A stretch of 53,098 nt of DNA, the filler included, from Squatina squatina (taxonomy: Eukaryota), in NCBI GenBank assembly GCA_031763465.1. It is 3 parts of 3 records of this genome, joined end to end, with 100 filler letters (N's around TTAATTAATTAA, not from the genome) between each part and the next. Parts side by side here need not be neighbours in the genome. Positions count along the whole stretch, not along the records: positions 16,464 to 33,439 come from JARFOE010000004.1; positions 33,540 to 53,098 come from JARFOE010000192.1; 1 more part is not named here. One strand, given 5' to 3'. Below the pieces are notes generated by a model. The model had not been told where the DNA came from and searched no databases. It saw only the letters and a program-made list of their open reading frames with translations. Positions 26,335-38,037 of this stretch are shown here, piece by piece. Numbering within the stretch: position 1 is the first letter of the stretch; each line of letters starts with the position of its first letter. Made by a program: the position numbers and the translations under genes.

Positions 26335-26900
26335 GTGTAAAACGCTAGTTAAACCACAGCTAGAGTACTGTTTGCAGTTCTGGTCACCACGTTACAGGAA
26401 GGATGAGATTGCACTAGAAAAGTTACAGAAGAGATTTACGAGGATGTTGCCTGGACTGGAGAATTTTAGTTATGAGGGAAGATTGGAGAGGCTGGGGTTG
26501 TTTTCTTTGGAACAGAGGAGGCTGAGGGGAGACCTAAGTGAGGTGTATAAAATTATGAGGGGCCTAGATGGTGGATAGGAAGGACCTATTCCCCTGAGCA
26601 GAGGGGTCAATAACCAGGGGGCATAGATTTAAACTAACTGGCAGGAGATTCAGAGGGGATTTGAGGAGAAATTTTCACCCAGAGGTTGGTGGGGGCCTGG
26701 AACTCATTGCCTGAAAGGGTGGTAGAGGCAGAAGCATTCATAGTATTTAAAAAGTACTTGGATATGCACTTGACGTGCTGTAACCGACAAGGCTACGGAC
26801 CAAGTGCTGGAAAGTGGAATTAGGCTGGATAGCTCTTTGCCGGCCGGCACAGACACGATGGGCCGGATGGCCTCCTGTGTTGTAGATTTCTATGTTTCTG
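26335..26900 (+). mobile_element. CR1 LINE ORF2 C-terminus and 3' tail
   Basis: KTLVKPQLEYCLQFWSPRYRKDEIALEKLQKRFTRMLPGLENFSYEGRLERLGLFSLEQRRLRGDL; ends in ttctatgtttct. Confidence 0.92.
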
Positions 26901-27258
26901 TGATTGATTATGGTTTATTCACGAACAGGAAGTTTTCATAATTATGTACTGTTCCTAGAAAATAGTCAAACTCTTAAAAGTGCATTAATAGACTCCATTG
27001 TGATCGTGCGTGCCCCAAAGTGGAAAAATGTTTATTCTTCAGCAGTCACATTGTTCACCTTAATGAAGAGAAAAAACTTAAAATAAAGTAAATTCTGAAT
27101 ACATCTAGGGATACTTGATGTAATAGTTATCTCATAAGTTACATTCCTGTTTTAAGTGGAGTTGACCATTTTCAGATTGCTGCAGCATAATTACATAAGC
27201 TTATCAGTCTTTTGTAGTGTGTTATGGCTGACACGACTCCGGTCAGACCTTGCACTTA

Positions 27259-27297
27259 CCCAATAGAGCCAATGAACTCACTGGGTCAGAGTAACCT
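27259..27297 (+). promoter_or_regulatory. Two CCAAT boxes plus a one-mismatch ERE
   Basis: cCCAATagagCCAATg followed by GGTCA gag TAACC (27284-27296). Confidence 0.4.
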
Positions 27298-27969
27298 TTT
27301 TATTTTGTTGCCTCTCAGGAAAAAAATGTTTGCTGTTCTTTTTGTCTTGGACAAATATTTAACAAAACAGGTTTTTTCAGGTGAAAGCTTTCTGGAACAT
27401 AACTGTATGCTGCTTTCTATGTATATACTAATTATATTTCTTGAGGCCCAGTTTTTCCTGTTCCGATATAAATGCTATTTTCCCCTGGAACAGTTTTTCT
27501 CTCTGATTGTTTTTGAATCCACTTCAGCTTATGTATTAGGTGGCTAACATCTGGGTTCATGGGAGGAAGCAGGCCAAGAAAAAATGGGATTGGATGACAT
27601 TGCAAGTAATGGGCTTTTATTCCGTGCCAGGATTAGTGTTTATTGCTTCATGCAGGCTTGACAAAATGGATGTTATATTACAGTTTCGTGAAGGATGGTA
27701 GCTTTTGAGTCTCATCCTCAAGTTCTTCACATATTTAACACACTTAATTTAGACAAAACCTGGATCATTTTATAATTTCAGCACAACGTCATTCACTTTT
27801 GATTCTCTTTTGCATGTCGTGGATGTTCCCTTGAAAGATAACAAATCGCGTTGGGCACTAACTTTGTTGGCTGACTGCCTCTTTAAGAGCACAGCGCTAT
27901 CATCACATGACTTCCTCTTTTTAATGGTCCATATTTAAAGCTCCTTAGCCAACTTCATTTTCATTTATG

Positions 27970-28375
27970 TTGTTAGCTTGGCTCGGTAGTAGTGCTCNNN
28001 NNNNNNNTCTTCTGTGAATCAGAGGGTTGTTGATTCAAGTCCACTCCAGGGACTTTAGCGCATGTTCTAGGCTGACATTTCAGAGTGATACTGAAGGAGG
28101 TACAGTCTTTTGGATGAGATGTTAAACCCTGGCTGTATCTGTTTAAATGCATGTAAAAGATCCCTTGGCACTATTCAGTGCCCTGGTCAACATTTATTTG
28201 TCAACCAACACCACCAGAACACTTTAACTGGTCACTTATCTCATTGGTATTTGTGGGACCTTTTGCTGTGTTTGTCTAAAACAGTGACTACACTTGAGAA
28301 CAGTTCATTGGCTGTCAAGTTCTTCAGAATGCCCCGAGGGCATGAAACGCCTCTAAATGATTGCAATTCTTTTCT
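27970..28375 (+). mobile_element. Near full-length tRNA-derived SINE (DeuSINE/SacSINE1-like)
   Basis: Head tggctc.gt.gtag and a ttcaagtcc B-box-like motif, central ggatgagatgttaaacc, tail acagtgactacactt..ttcattggctgt. Other copies at 12835-12960, 33540-33747 and 40630-40955 (all -). Confidence 0.7.
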
Positions 28376-29042
28376 AATTCCGTGGATTTCGTAAATATGA
28401 TTGAACATTACATCAGAATACTTTCCAAGCAGACTTTACCAGTAGTTTTTTTTTTATAGAAGAAGATAGTAATTGATGTAATTTGCTGTTGCATATTGCA
28501 GAAGAAACTGCAATACTCGCAATTTGTTAATCTAACATAGGAAGAATGGATCCTTTTTGAATTGTACTTGGCAAATATTGTTGTAATAAAGTCACAGAAA
28601 ATTATGCATCAGTTTGAAAGTGCATTGAACACAATCATCACAGCAGTTGTTATGGTAGATTAGGTATGTCTGTGATGTGTATATTCCCTGCATTTCTATG
28701 TTCTGATGTAGTAAAATGCAACTGCATTAGAACATGAGGAAGGTAATACTCGTCCTGATAATAGATGAGGCCGAATGTACAATGCTTTGAATGACTTGGC
28801 AATCATGTACTGGTTCAGTTTATGGCAGTGACACAATGGCCCTGAAATTGCGATCTCCCCAGGTGGNNNNNNNNNNNNNNNNNNNNNNNNNNNNNNNNNN
28901 NNNNNNNNNNNNNNNNNNNNNNNNNNNNNNNNNNNNNNNNNNNNNNNNNNNNNNNNNNNNNNNNNNATCTAAATGTTTTTGTTGTTGAGCAAAGCTAACC
29001 TATTTGTCATTGTTTATATTATTTTATATATTTCTCTCACAG

Positions 29043-29143
29043 GGAATCAGATTGGAAACACTCTTTAGGTTCTCAGTGTTGTGGCATTTTACCCGGGACA
29101 TTCAAGGCAACAGGACGTCTTTCTGCACTCGTTCATTTGATAG
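29043..29143 (+). other. GREB1: Candidate non-coding 5' UTR exon of GREB1 (101 bp)
   Basis: Long pyrimidine tract ending tttctctcacAG and donor TAG|GTAATG; same strand as, and upstream of, the ATG exon; contains no ATG. Confidence 0.4.
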
Positions 29144-29750
29144 GTAATGTCATAATCCAGAAAGTTGAAAAAAAAGTAAGTTTCCTTTGTGGAAGAAATC
29201 TGTTCATGAACCTCCTCCTTCTAAAGCAGTAGAAACATGTGTGCTGACCTCATTCGTTTATTTCAGCTATGTAATTTGCCATGAATTTAGCAGGCACAGC
29301 AAGCTGCTGTAAAAGAAATAGTTAACCATGTTAAGAGAGTTTGTCCTCCATTAAATGTAGTTATTTAACAGTAGATTTACAGTGAGATATTACAGATTTC
29401 TACATTTTAGATTTCTAAGAGTGTTATCTGATTTTGCTTTTCCTGAATTAGGCTACCATTGCAGCTAACTGCAGTTTTGAGTTCGGGCAACATGACCCAG
29501 CAAATATCTCTGCCATCACAAGTGAAAGACTGACCTTTGATAGCAAGTGAAAGACTGACATTTGATAACAAGGGTTTGCAGCCTATGATTTTCCTCTCTT
29601 GAATGGGTATGTAGTTGTCAGATGCTAACTGCAATTATATGAAGTTTGTGGAGCATTTGAGAGTGGAAGTGTATATTGCATCTGCAGCTTTACGTTGCAT
29701 TTTAGACTTGCTTTCCACACATTTTGAATTGTTGGAGTTCGGCATGTACA

Positions 29751-29763
29751 GGTCAGTGTGACC
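29751..29763. promoter_or_regulatory. Perfect consensus estrogen response element
   Basis: aGGTCA gtg TGACCa, upstream of the GREB1 start codon. Confidence 0.65.
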
Positions 29764-32601
29764 AGAGTAAATTTTCTTCCTCTAACTAGTGCTCAGTACA
29801 ATAGACCAAAGCAATCTTCCATATTCTTAAATATAGCAGATTCTGGTTTTTGAAAGAACACTGCANNNNNNNNNNTTCAATATTTTATTTATTTTTTGTC
29901 ATAAGGGACCGACCAACAGCTTTATCTATAAATCATATATAATGATTTGGAGCACCCGCAGCTTGCCGGCTATATTCAAATGAGACAAGGACCTGAAAAT
30001 AGTGCAGGCCTCCCAACGCCAGCTTCGAGCAGGTTGCTTTGCTGACTTCGCGCCCATTTCGCATGGAAGTTGAAGTTTCTCCTTCCCCTTTCTTTTGCGT
30101 GAGCTGTTCGGAACTGAGGACCCATCTGCCTGTCGTGAGCATACAAGAACAGGGGAGAGTTCTCCTGGCATCCTGGCCAGCATTTATCCCTGAAACAATG
30201 CCACCAAACAGATTAACAGGTTACTGTTTGTGGGCCCAGACCAAAATCTACTGTAAAGTCTTTGTGGTTAGAATAAGATTGGTATTGAGATTGGTAGTGT
30301 CTTGGAGCTTATAAGAGCATACCAGATTTTAAAGCTAAATGAGCATATTTTGGTGCAATCAAACCAGTGTATTGAAAAACCAGGACAATCACCTTTGATT
30401 GAAGTGGAGATAACAAAAATGAAAGAATAGAAGTTAAATTCAAGCTCATGCTTCGACAAATCAGACGCCTACACTGAGGACTCTTCTTGAATGACTGGGA
30501 ACCTGATTTTGGAGGGTATCGAGGCCTGGCATTGGGCCAAGAGCAATATGTAATCCCAGAGTCAAACTCTCAGCACCAAACTGTGTAACCTCACAGACTG
30601 GCCAAGATTAAAACTGGCCTATGCAATCAAGGTCGATACAAGCTATGATGTTAGCAGGTAATAGGTTTTCAAAGTTGCTCTTGGGTAGTTGTGGGAATGT
30701 TGGCAAAATAAGGAAACCCACCATAGATGAAATATGTTTATAGGTCCTAATATTTGGAAACCTGGACACTGAAGGTGTGTATCAAAGGATTTAGAAATGT
30801 TGGAATCACAAAAACATCACTAGCTGTACCTCAATTGAACTCCAATCCAGTGAAGATGACTCTTGAGGAATTATCAGGTTCCTGTGGAGGAATATACAGA
30901 GGGTTCTGGTCTCGGATTTTGCTGAGGGCTGGTTGAGTTGTTCCAGTTAACAATGACGATAAGGAATAAAAATTAAAAATGTTAGATGTACAGAACGGGT
31001 CAGCATTCAATGTGAGAAGTCCTTTGGGATTGGCAATTATGAGTGACATTGCTAAGACATACTTATTCACTTTGGTTGTTGCTGTTTGTTCTGCACTGTA
31101 AATCTGTTTTTGTATTTTATTTTTGGAGTATTTCTCTGGTGGCAGCATCATTAAGGAACTGTACTAATAGTTAAGGCAACCAATCAATCCTGCAGTGTAG
31201 TTTGTGTTTGGGACATTTCTGAGAGTTTTTATAAAGCACTACACAAATGCAAGTCTGTTTTTCTTCGAAACTAGGCTGACAAAACACAATTGGATTCAAG
31301 ACAACTGTGAGCGGTTTGTTCTCCTTTCATCTGAAAACTCCCTCAAAGGGATTGATTACCAGATGTCAGCCTCAGATACTTTTGTTGAACAATACAAGAT
31401 CATACAGTGAAGTTCACTGATAATGCCATATCAATGGCATTAAAATGTTATTGATATAAACTATTGGCTTTCGGCTCTGCACTGTGCCAGTTGGAGCTTT
31501 TAAAAAGTGAGCATGATTAGCTCATTGAGGCCAAATGTAGTGGGTCTGCATTGTAGGGCTGAACTGGCACAAATCATAATTTACCTGGGTCCATGAGCAA
31601 GAAAAAAGTCACGTTGCAACCTTCTTGGGACATATTAGCCATTAGAAACAGATTTCAGACAGATTAAGGAAGAGTTCTGATCCCAAAGGATGAATAAGAC
31701 CTTCGATCAGTTGCAAGTCCTTGCACCAGGCAACAGAATTAATTAAGTCAAGTTTTGGGATAATGTCAGCAGCCATCCTTATTGCCTGACAATAGAGTAG
31801 TCTTGCAACCCTTTCAACCACATAACTTGTAAAATGATTTAATTCCTCAAGCATTTGTCTTTGCCTCTCCAATGCCTTAGTAGNNNNNNNNNNNNNNNNN
31901 NNNNNNNNNNNNNNNNNNNNNNNNNNNNNNNNNNNNNNNNNNNNNNNNNNNNNNNNNNNNNNNNNNNNNNNNNNNNNNNNNNNGTGTATTTTGGCTTTGT
32001 TAAAAGATTGCAGCTACAAACCAATTGTTCCATCAGGCTCAAACATTTTTTTTCAAGGTTTGCATATTCAGACAAATTGGCGCCTTCAATATTCAACATA
32101 AATTGTCTGCAACTAAACGACCAGTCTTAGAATAAGTCAATGTAAAGCTTGCAGTCTCAGTCTAGACTAATCCATGTGACAAAACAAACATGCACCAGTA
32201 GGCTTCACAGGTATTTATATTTGCATGGTTCTTGCTGCCTTTTACCTAGGAGAATGAGACCGTTTGGTAGACAGGGTTTATTGCTGTTTTAAATGCATGC
32301 AGTCTACTTTTGCATGCCTCATTAACCTGTAACATTAGATGTCAATAACCCATGTAAGAAGGGTGTCAAACTCTGCAGTGCCTCTGCCTTGGGCTGTTGA
32401 GTACAGGGTTTCCTGTAATTTACCAGCAGGGAGCTTTTGCTGTCCTGCTTTACTTTACTGAGCATGTTGAAGAAAATTCAGAAGGAAAATATAATCCCTC
32501 TTTGAATAGTCCAAATTAGTTTCAGAAACTTTTAATCTTGCTCTCTGTGTTCAGTTCTGCAGTCAGCTGCCTCTGAGATTTTAGTTTCTGTTTTTATAAA
32601 G

Positions 32602-32761
32602 ATGGGAAACTCGTATGCTGGGCAACTGAAGACAACCCGCTTTGAAGAGGTTCTTCACAATTCTATTGAAGCCTCCCTGCGTTCAAATACCTTGGTCCCC
32701 AGGCCTGTGTTTTCCCAGTTATATCTAGAGGCTGAGCACCAATTGATCTCTAACGTAGAAG
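32602..32761 (+). CDS. GREB1: GREB1 first coding exon
   Basis: [54 protein letters not shown]|GTAAGA. TTRFEEV and LYLEAE match GREB1; GREB1L is recalled as SARFEEA and LYLDPD. Confidence 0.93.
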
Positions 32762-33169
32762 GTAAGAACGTGGGTCCTTTTTTTAAACTTGACTCTATAT
32801 TTGCTTTAAGTCCAACAAAAACTTTACATTTCGTGCATAGTCTTGTTTAAATAAGCAAAAGGTAAGAGGTTTCCATATTTCAGGGGAAAAGTCACAAGCT
32901 GGTGGCTCATATTAACTTTACATCTCTCTTCATTGTTAGATTTTTATATGTGCAGTTTTTGTACTAAGTATTCCATTTTCTGACTAATTTGGTTGTTGTT
33001 ACTGGTGCTGATCTAACATCACAATTGATAATTAACTCTGGAAAGCAGATTCTCAGAAATAGTCTGTCAAACAGCCTCTAAAATTAGTCAGTAGTATTGT
33101 CTGTAATAAAGATTGTAGGATTGTTCCTCTTTCCATTAAGCCACATTTGGGTTTAAAAGTTCAGAATTC

Positions 33170-33439
33170 GTTGATGCCACACCTATTTTACAGGCGTGAA
33201 AGGGATGCCTAAAAATTCAATATGGCGGGCGGTGTGTGTGCATATTCCATGCCAAAGTGCGCTGCCCACCATATTGGTAAAGACTCTACTGTTGACGTCC
33301 AGGGCCCTAGCCTGAAACAGGCAGTGGGTCATTTGCATATGCAAATGGGAGGGCCTAACACCTGTTTGAGACAGACTTCCCAAAATTGAGCTGCTGGAAT
33401 ACAGCCAGCACCAGGCTTGAGTTTGCATGCGGCCTAATT
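33170..33439. mobile_element. MITE/Harbinger-like fragment
   Basis: aatatggcgggcgg...ccatattggt motifs are shared with the block at 34905-35250. Confidence 0.45.
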
Positions 33440-33539
33440 NNNNNNNNNNNNNNNNNNNNNNNNNNNNNNNNNNNNNNNNNNNNTTAATTAATTAANNNNN
33501 NNNNNNNNNNNNNNNNNNNNNNNNNNNNNNNNNNNNNNN
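33440..33539. other. Artificial scaffold-concatenation linker
   Basis: 44 N + TTAATTAATTAA (33484-33495) + 44 N. Confidence 0.97.
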
Positions 33540-33747
33540 GAACTCCCCTGCTCCTCTTCAAAATAGTGTGATGGACACTTTTAAAAGTTTTGCAAGGGCA
33601 GACAGGAACTCGGCATAACATCCTATCTGAAATACAACACCCCCGACAGTGCAGCACTCACTCAGCAGAGTGCTGATGTCTCTGGAGTGGAACTTGAACC
33701 CTCAACCTTCTGCCTCAGAGGCAAGAGTGCTACCACTGAGCCATGGC
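33540..33747 (-). mobile_element. tRNA-derived SINE (SacSINE1-like), 5' half
   Basis: Minus strand: catggctcagtggtagcactcttgcctctgaggcagaaggttgagggttcaagttccactccagaga (A and B boxes). Confidence 0.75.
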
Positions 33748-34269
33748 TGGCTCGCTCCTGGTGTGTTCTGCTGTGATGTTTATGTGGTCCTGAAAGGGGA
33801 TGTTGCAAGTTAGTTGCTAACACTGGCTCCTCTTCTTGTATGTACTGTATGCGTATCTTCTGCATAAAAAAGTAACTTGCCAAAATGCAAGGGCATTGTA
33901 AAATACAATGCACAAGTTGTTTTTGAAAAAATCCTGAGATTGTCCTTTTTCTGTCCTTACCCAAGCAAAGGGATGCTGCTTGATCTCCTGTAAAAGGTGA
34001 CCAGTATGAAGATGTACATCATAGCTGCCTGTCTCCATACACCTATCTCACCATTAAGCTGCATTTAAAAATCATTATTTTTTTGACTGAAATGCTAGGC
34101 TTGTTTCTGCATTTTTGATGTCTCAAGACAGTTATTAAGATTTTTGTTTAATTTTATTTTTCCCCACATAATCCGATGCTCCAGATGTTAACATTCCTTC
34201 AGAATTTGGTTAATGAGACAATAAGTATGTGGTTTGTGATTGTCTCTTTTTTTTTCTTCCCCTAAACAG

Positions 34270-34359
34270 GCTGACAAGTTCCAGATGTACGTAACATACT
34301 GTAGGAACAAGCCAGACTCCACCCAGCTCATACTGGAGCATGCAGGAGCATACTTCGAT
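34270..34359 (+). CDS. TRIO: TRIO exon, DH1 domain (90 bp)
   Basis: cAG|[30 protein letters not shown]|GTCAGT; DSTQ and YFD favour TRIO over KALRN. Confidence 0.93.
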
Positions 34360-34710
34360 GTCAGTACCATTCATGGGTTTGGTGGTTTTTAACCCTTCCT
34401 GTTCATTCTTAGTATGATGGTCATTCTTAGTAATAATATCTTAACTTCCTTTCAGTAAAATTTCAAAACTGAGATTGCTAGGTTTTTGTTTGGCAATGAC
34501 AATCAGGGTTATAGAAACAAGGTGTGTAGCTGCAGTTAAGATACAGATCATCCATGATCTAATTTAGTGACGGAACAGGCTCGAGGGGCTGAATGGCTGA
34601 TGCCTGTCCCTATATTGGGACAGTTTTTTGGATCTGTTGAGAGTTTCTTAAGACAGGCTTTTGGAGTGCAAGAAAAGATTATTGTTTAGATTTTTGGACT
34701 TTGTTGATTG

Positions 34711-34805
34711 ATTATTGAGGCTGGTCTTCAAGTGTGAATATATTACTGAGGCTGGTTTTAGGAGTGTGTGGAGAGATTATTGAGGCTGGTTTTTGGAGTG
34801 CGCGG
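34711..34805 (+). repeat. Degenerate minisatellite, about 30-35 bp x3
   Basis: Three copies of atta(t/c)tgaggctggt...agtg. Confidence 0.65.
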
Positions 34806-36346
34806 TGTTACAGGGCCTTATGTGCTTTACAACCGTAGTCCTTGATCAATTCACTTTCCAAACATTTCTGTTAATGCACATCACATAAAGCAAGTTTACA
34901 CAATTTTTGGGCGCAAAATTCGGATCCTTAGCACCTGTTTTTTGGTGCTCTGATTGCCCTTAGATGTCCAAAATGGTGTCCACGGTGCGCAGGCACACTT
35001 CTGGTGTGAGTGAAGCTGATTGCCATATTGGTGAGGATGTTAGCACACGCACAGTGAGCGTCCACCGTTAGTATGCAAAGTAGGTAGATCATAATGTCAA
35101 TCAGCGCGCAAAGCTGATTTAATGCAAGCACTGCCATTTTGGAGCTCAATGCTTCAGCTAACGCCTTCTCTTGAGCTTGCACTACTGAACACATGTTCAG
35201 CAGCAGGAAGGTCCCCCCCTATTTAAAGGGATCATCAACTCCTTACAGGTGAGTTGCTGATTGATTTCTACTGTCTCTTGTTATGATTGTATAAGTGTTT
35301 GGTACTTTCTAGANNNNNNNNNNNNNNNNNNNNNNNNNNNNNNNNNNNNNNNNNNNNNNNNNNNNNNNNNNNNNNNNNNNNNNNNNNNNNNNNNNNNNNN
35401 NNNNNNNNNNNNNNNNNNNNNNNNNNNNNNNNNNNNNNNNNNNNNNNNNNNNNNNNNNNNNNNNNNNNNNNNNNNNNNNNNNNNNNNNNNNNNNNNNNNN
35501 NNNNNNNNNNNNNNNNNNNNNNNNNNNNNNNNNNNNNNNNNNNNNNNNNNNNNNNNNNNNNNNNNNNNNNNNNNNNNNNNNNNNNNNNNNNNNNNNNNNN
35601 NNNNNNNNNNNNNNNNNNNNNNNNNNNNNNNNNNNNNNNNNNNNNNNNNNNNNNNNNNNNNNNNNNNNNNNNNNNNNNNNNNNNNNNNNNNNNNNNNNNN
35701 NNNNNNNNNNNNNNNNNNNNNNNNNNNNNNNNNNNNNNNNNNNNNNNNNNNNNNNNNNNNNNNNNNNNNNNNNNNNNNNNNNNNNNNNNNNNNNNNNNNN
35801 NNNNNNNNNNNNNNNNNNNNNNNNNNNNNNNNNNNNNNNNNNNNNNNNNNNNNNNNNNNNNNNNNNNNNNNNNNNNNNNNNNNNNNNNNNNNNNNNNNNN
35901 NNNNNNNNNNNNNNNNNNNNNNNNNNNNNNNNNNNNNNNNNNNNNNNNNNNNNNNNNNNNNNNNNNNNNNNNNNNNNNNNNNNNNNNNNNNNNNNNNNNN
36001 NNNNNNNNNNNNNNNNNNNNNNNNNNNNNNNNNNNNNNNNNNNNNNNNNNNNNNNNNNNNNNNNNNNNNNNNNNNNNNNNNNNNNNNNNNNNNNNNNNNN
36101 NNNNNNNNNNNNNNNNNNNNNNNNNNNNNNNNNNNNNNNNNNNNNNNNNNNNNNNNNNNNNNNNNNNNNNNNNNNNNNNNNNNNNNNNNNNNNNNNNNNN
36201 NNNNNNNNNNNNNNNNNNNNNNNNNNNNNNNNNNNNNNNNNNNNNNNNNNNNNNNNNNNNNNNNNNNNNNNNNATCAGAATGTGATAGGAATGACTTGTG
36301 ATTGGATCTTAAAGAAAAAATATGAAAGAGTTGTTGTTGTCATCAG

Positions 36347-36537
36347 GCTTTGATGAGAATCTGGAATCCCAAGGAGAGCTAATCCTCCAAGAATCCTTCC
36401 AAGTGTGGGATCCTAAATCTTTGATCCGCAAAGGCAGAGAGAGACACCTCTTCCTGTTTGAAATGTCACTCATCTTCAGCAAAGAAATCAAAGATTCTAA
36501 TGGGAGGAGTAAATATATCTACAAACACAAGCTGCTT
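36347..36537 (+). CDS. TRIO: TRIO exon, PH1 domain (191 bp)
   Basis: cAG|(G)FDENLESQGELILQESFQVWDPKSLIRKGRERHLFLFEMSLIFSKEIKDSNGRSKYIYKHKLL|GTAAGT. Confidence 0.95.
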
Positions 36538-37559
36538 GTAAGTACAATATTGGAAGCCGTTATGCTGGTGCTCCAGAATGAGGACGGAAATCCAGCCTTG
36601 TGCAATTAGGGATGTGTCTGATTCGAAAGCATTTAGGGTGTTCGCCAGAGCAGAGAAGTTTGAACTCTGATGAAAGGTTACTGTTTCAGATGGAACTAAT
36701 CATTCTCTTTCAGTTGCTGATCAATCAGCTGTGCATTTTCCGCAGTTTCTATTTTTATTGGGGTGGGATTGCTTCATTGGTAATCTTCCACATCATTGAG
36801 AACATAGGCCATGTGCGCTCTCAAACAAATCATAGACATCTGTCCTTGAAGTTGTCTTACATTAAGCAATCTCCCATGTTGTGTATATTTCCCTCCATGG
36901 GCTCCNNNNNNNNNNNNNNNNNNNNNNNNNNNNNNNNNNNNNNNNNNNNNNNNNNNNNNNNNNNNNNNNNNNNNNNNNNNNNNNNNNNNNNNNNNNNNNN
37001 NNNNNTCCAAATCTAAAGTGGCTAGTTGGAGGGTTGAAGGGAATTTTTCAAAGAGTCCCATTTTCAGCGCGAAATTTGGCGCTTAGCGCTAGAAACGCCC
37101 AAAACACGAATTGGCCGCCCTGTATATATTTTTTAAAATCAGGCTCCTCAAAAAATGGTTCAAATTTTAGAGCTGTGAAACCGTGAGTTTGGAACACATT
37201 CCAGAGTCTTTGCCTGCTACAAAATGAACTAGTCAGTATTCATTTGAACAATAATGGGTGAAAAGTCAATTATAAAATATAATTATTACAAAACTATTAA
37301 TATTACTGTAGGGAAATATGGGTGTGACTGAAATGTAAAAAAAATAAAATTCACTCATAATGGAAACAGAGCAATCATGTATTCAACTTAATATAAATTT
37401 AATTCTGTTTCAATCAGAACAAAATAAATTATAAATGAAACCCATTTATAAACAACTGTTTTACAATTCCTTTATGCATAGTGTGCAGAGGGAATCTTTC
37501 ACCGTGGTTATTTTTTCACGTGTACATTTTTGTCATGAATGTTACTGTTTGTCATGAAG

Positions 37560-37683
37560 GCATCCAGCATTGAAAATAAACAAGATTGGATCAAACATAT
37601 ACGAGAGGTTATACAGGAAAGGACCATTCATCTGAAAGGTGCACTGAAAGAAGCAATTCACCTGCCCAAACCTACATCTCACA
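37560..37683 (+). CDS. TRIO: TRIO exon, end of PH1 (3' end lost in gap)
   Basis: aAG|ASSIENKQDWIKHIREVIQERTIHLKGALKEAIHLPKPTSH. Confidence 0.93.
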
Positions 37684-37937
37684 NNNNNNNNNNNNNNNNN
37701 NNNNNNNNNNNNNNNNNNNNNNNNNNNNNNNNNNNNNNNNNNNNNNNNNNNNNNNNNNNNNNNNNNNNNNNNNNNNNNNNNNNTTATTGAGATTTAACTT
37801 CCTCTACTAATTGAATTTGTGACAGCAGCAAAAAAAAAAGCTACAGTAAGAGATTTATAATGATTAAGGACACTATCTATTAAAATTCATCAGAAATGCG
37901 AAAGCCATTGAGACTACTTATTACTTTTTTATTTCAG

Positions 37938-38037
37938 GGATGGAGAAGACCTTGACAGTCAGGGAGACGCAAGCAGTCAGCCCGACACGATCTCCATTGC
38001 ATCACGGACCTCACAGAACACTCTGGACAGTGACAAG
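37938..38037 (+). CDS. TRIO: TRIO exon (100 bp)
   Basis: tttcAG|g DGEDLDSQGDASSQPDTISIASRTSQNTLDSDK|GTAGGC. Confidence 0.93.

Noticed and set aside
32602-34359. Apparent GREB1-TRIO fusion (phase-1 GREB1 exon followed by TRIO exons on the same strand)
   Set aside because: Separated by the artificial linker at 33440-33539, and the splice phases are incompatible (1 versus 0).
34711-34805. CRISPR-like repeat array
   Set aside because: Degenerate tandem units without unique spacers, in a vertebrate intron with no cas genes; it is a minisatellite.
35261-36301. Long ORFs of 330-346 aa (also 49935-50982 and 18737-19231)
   Set aside because: Produced by translating through N runs.
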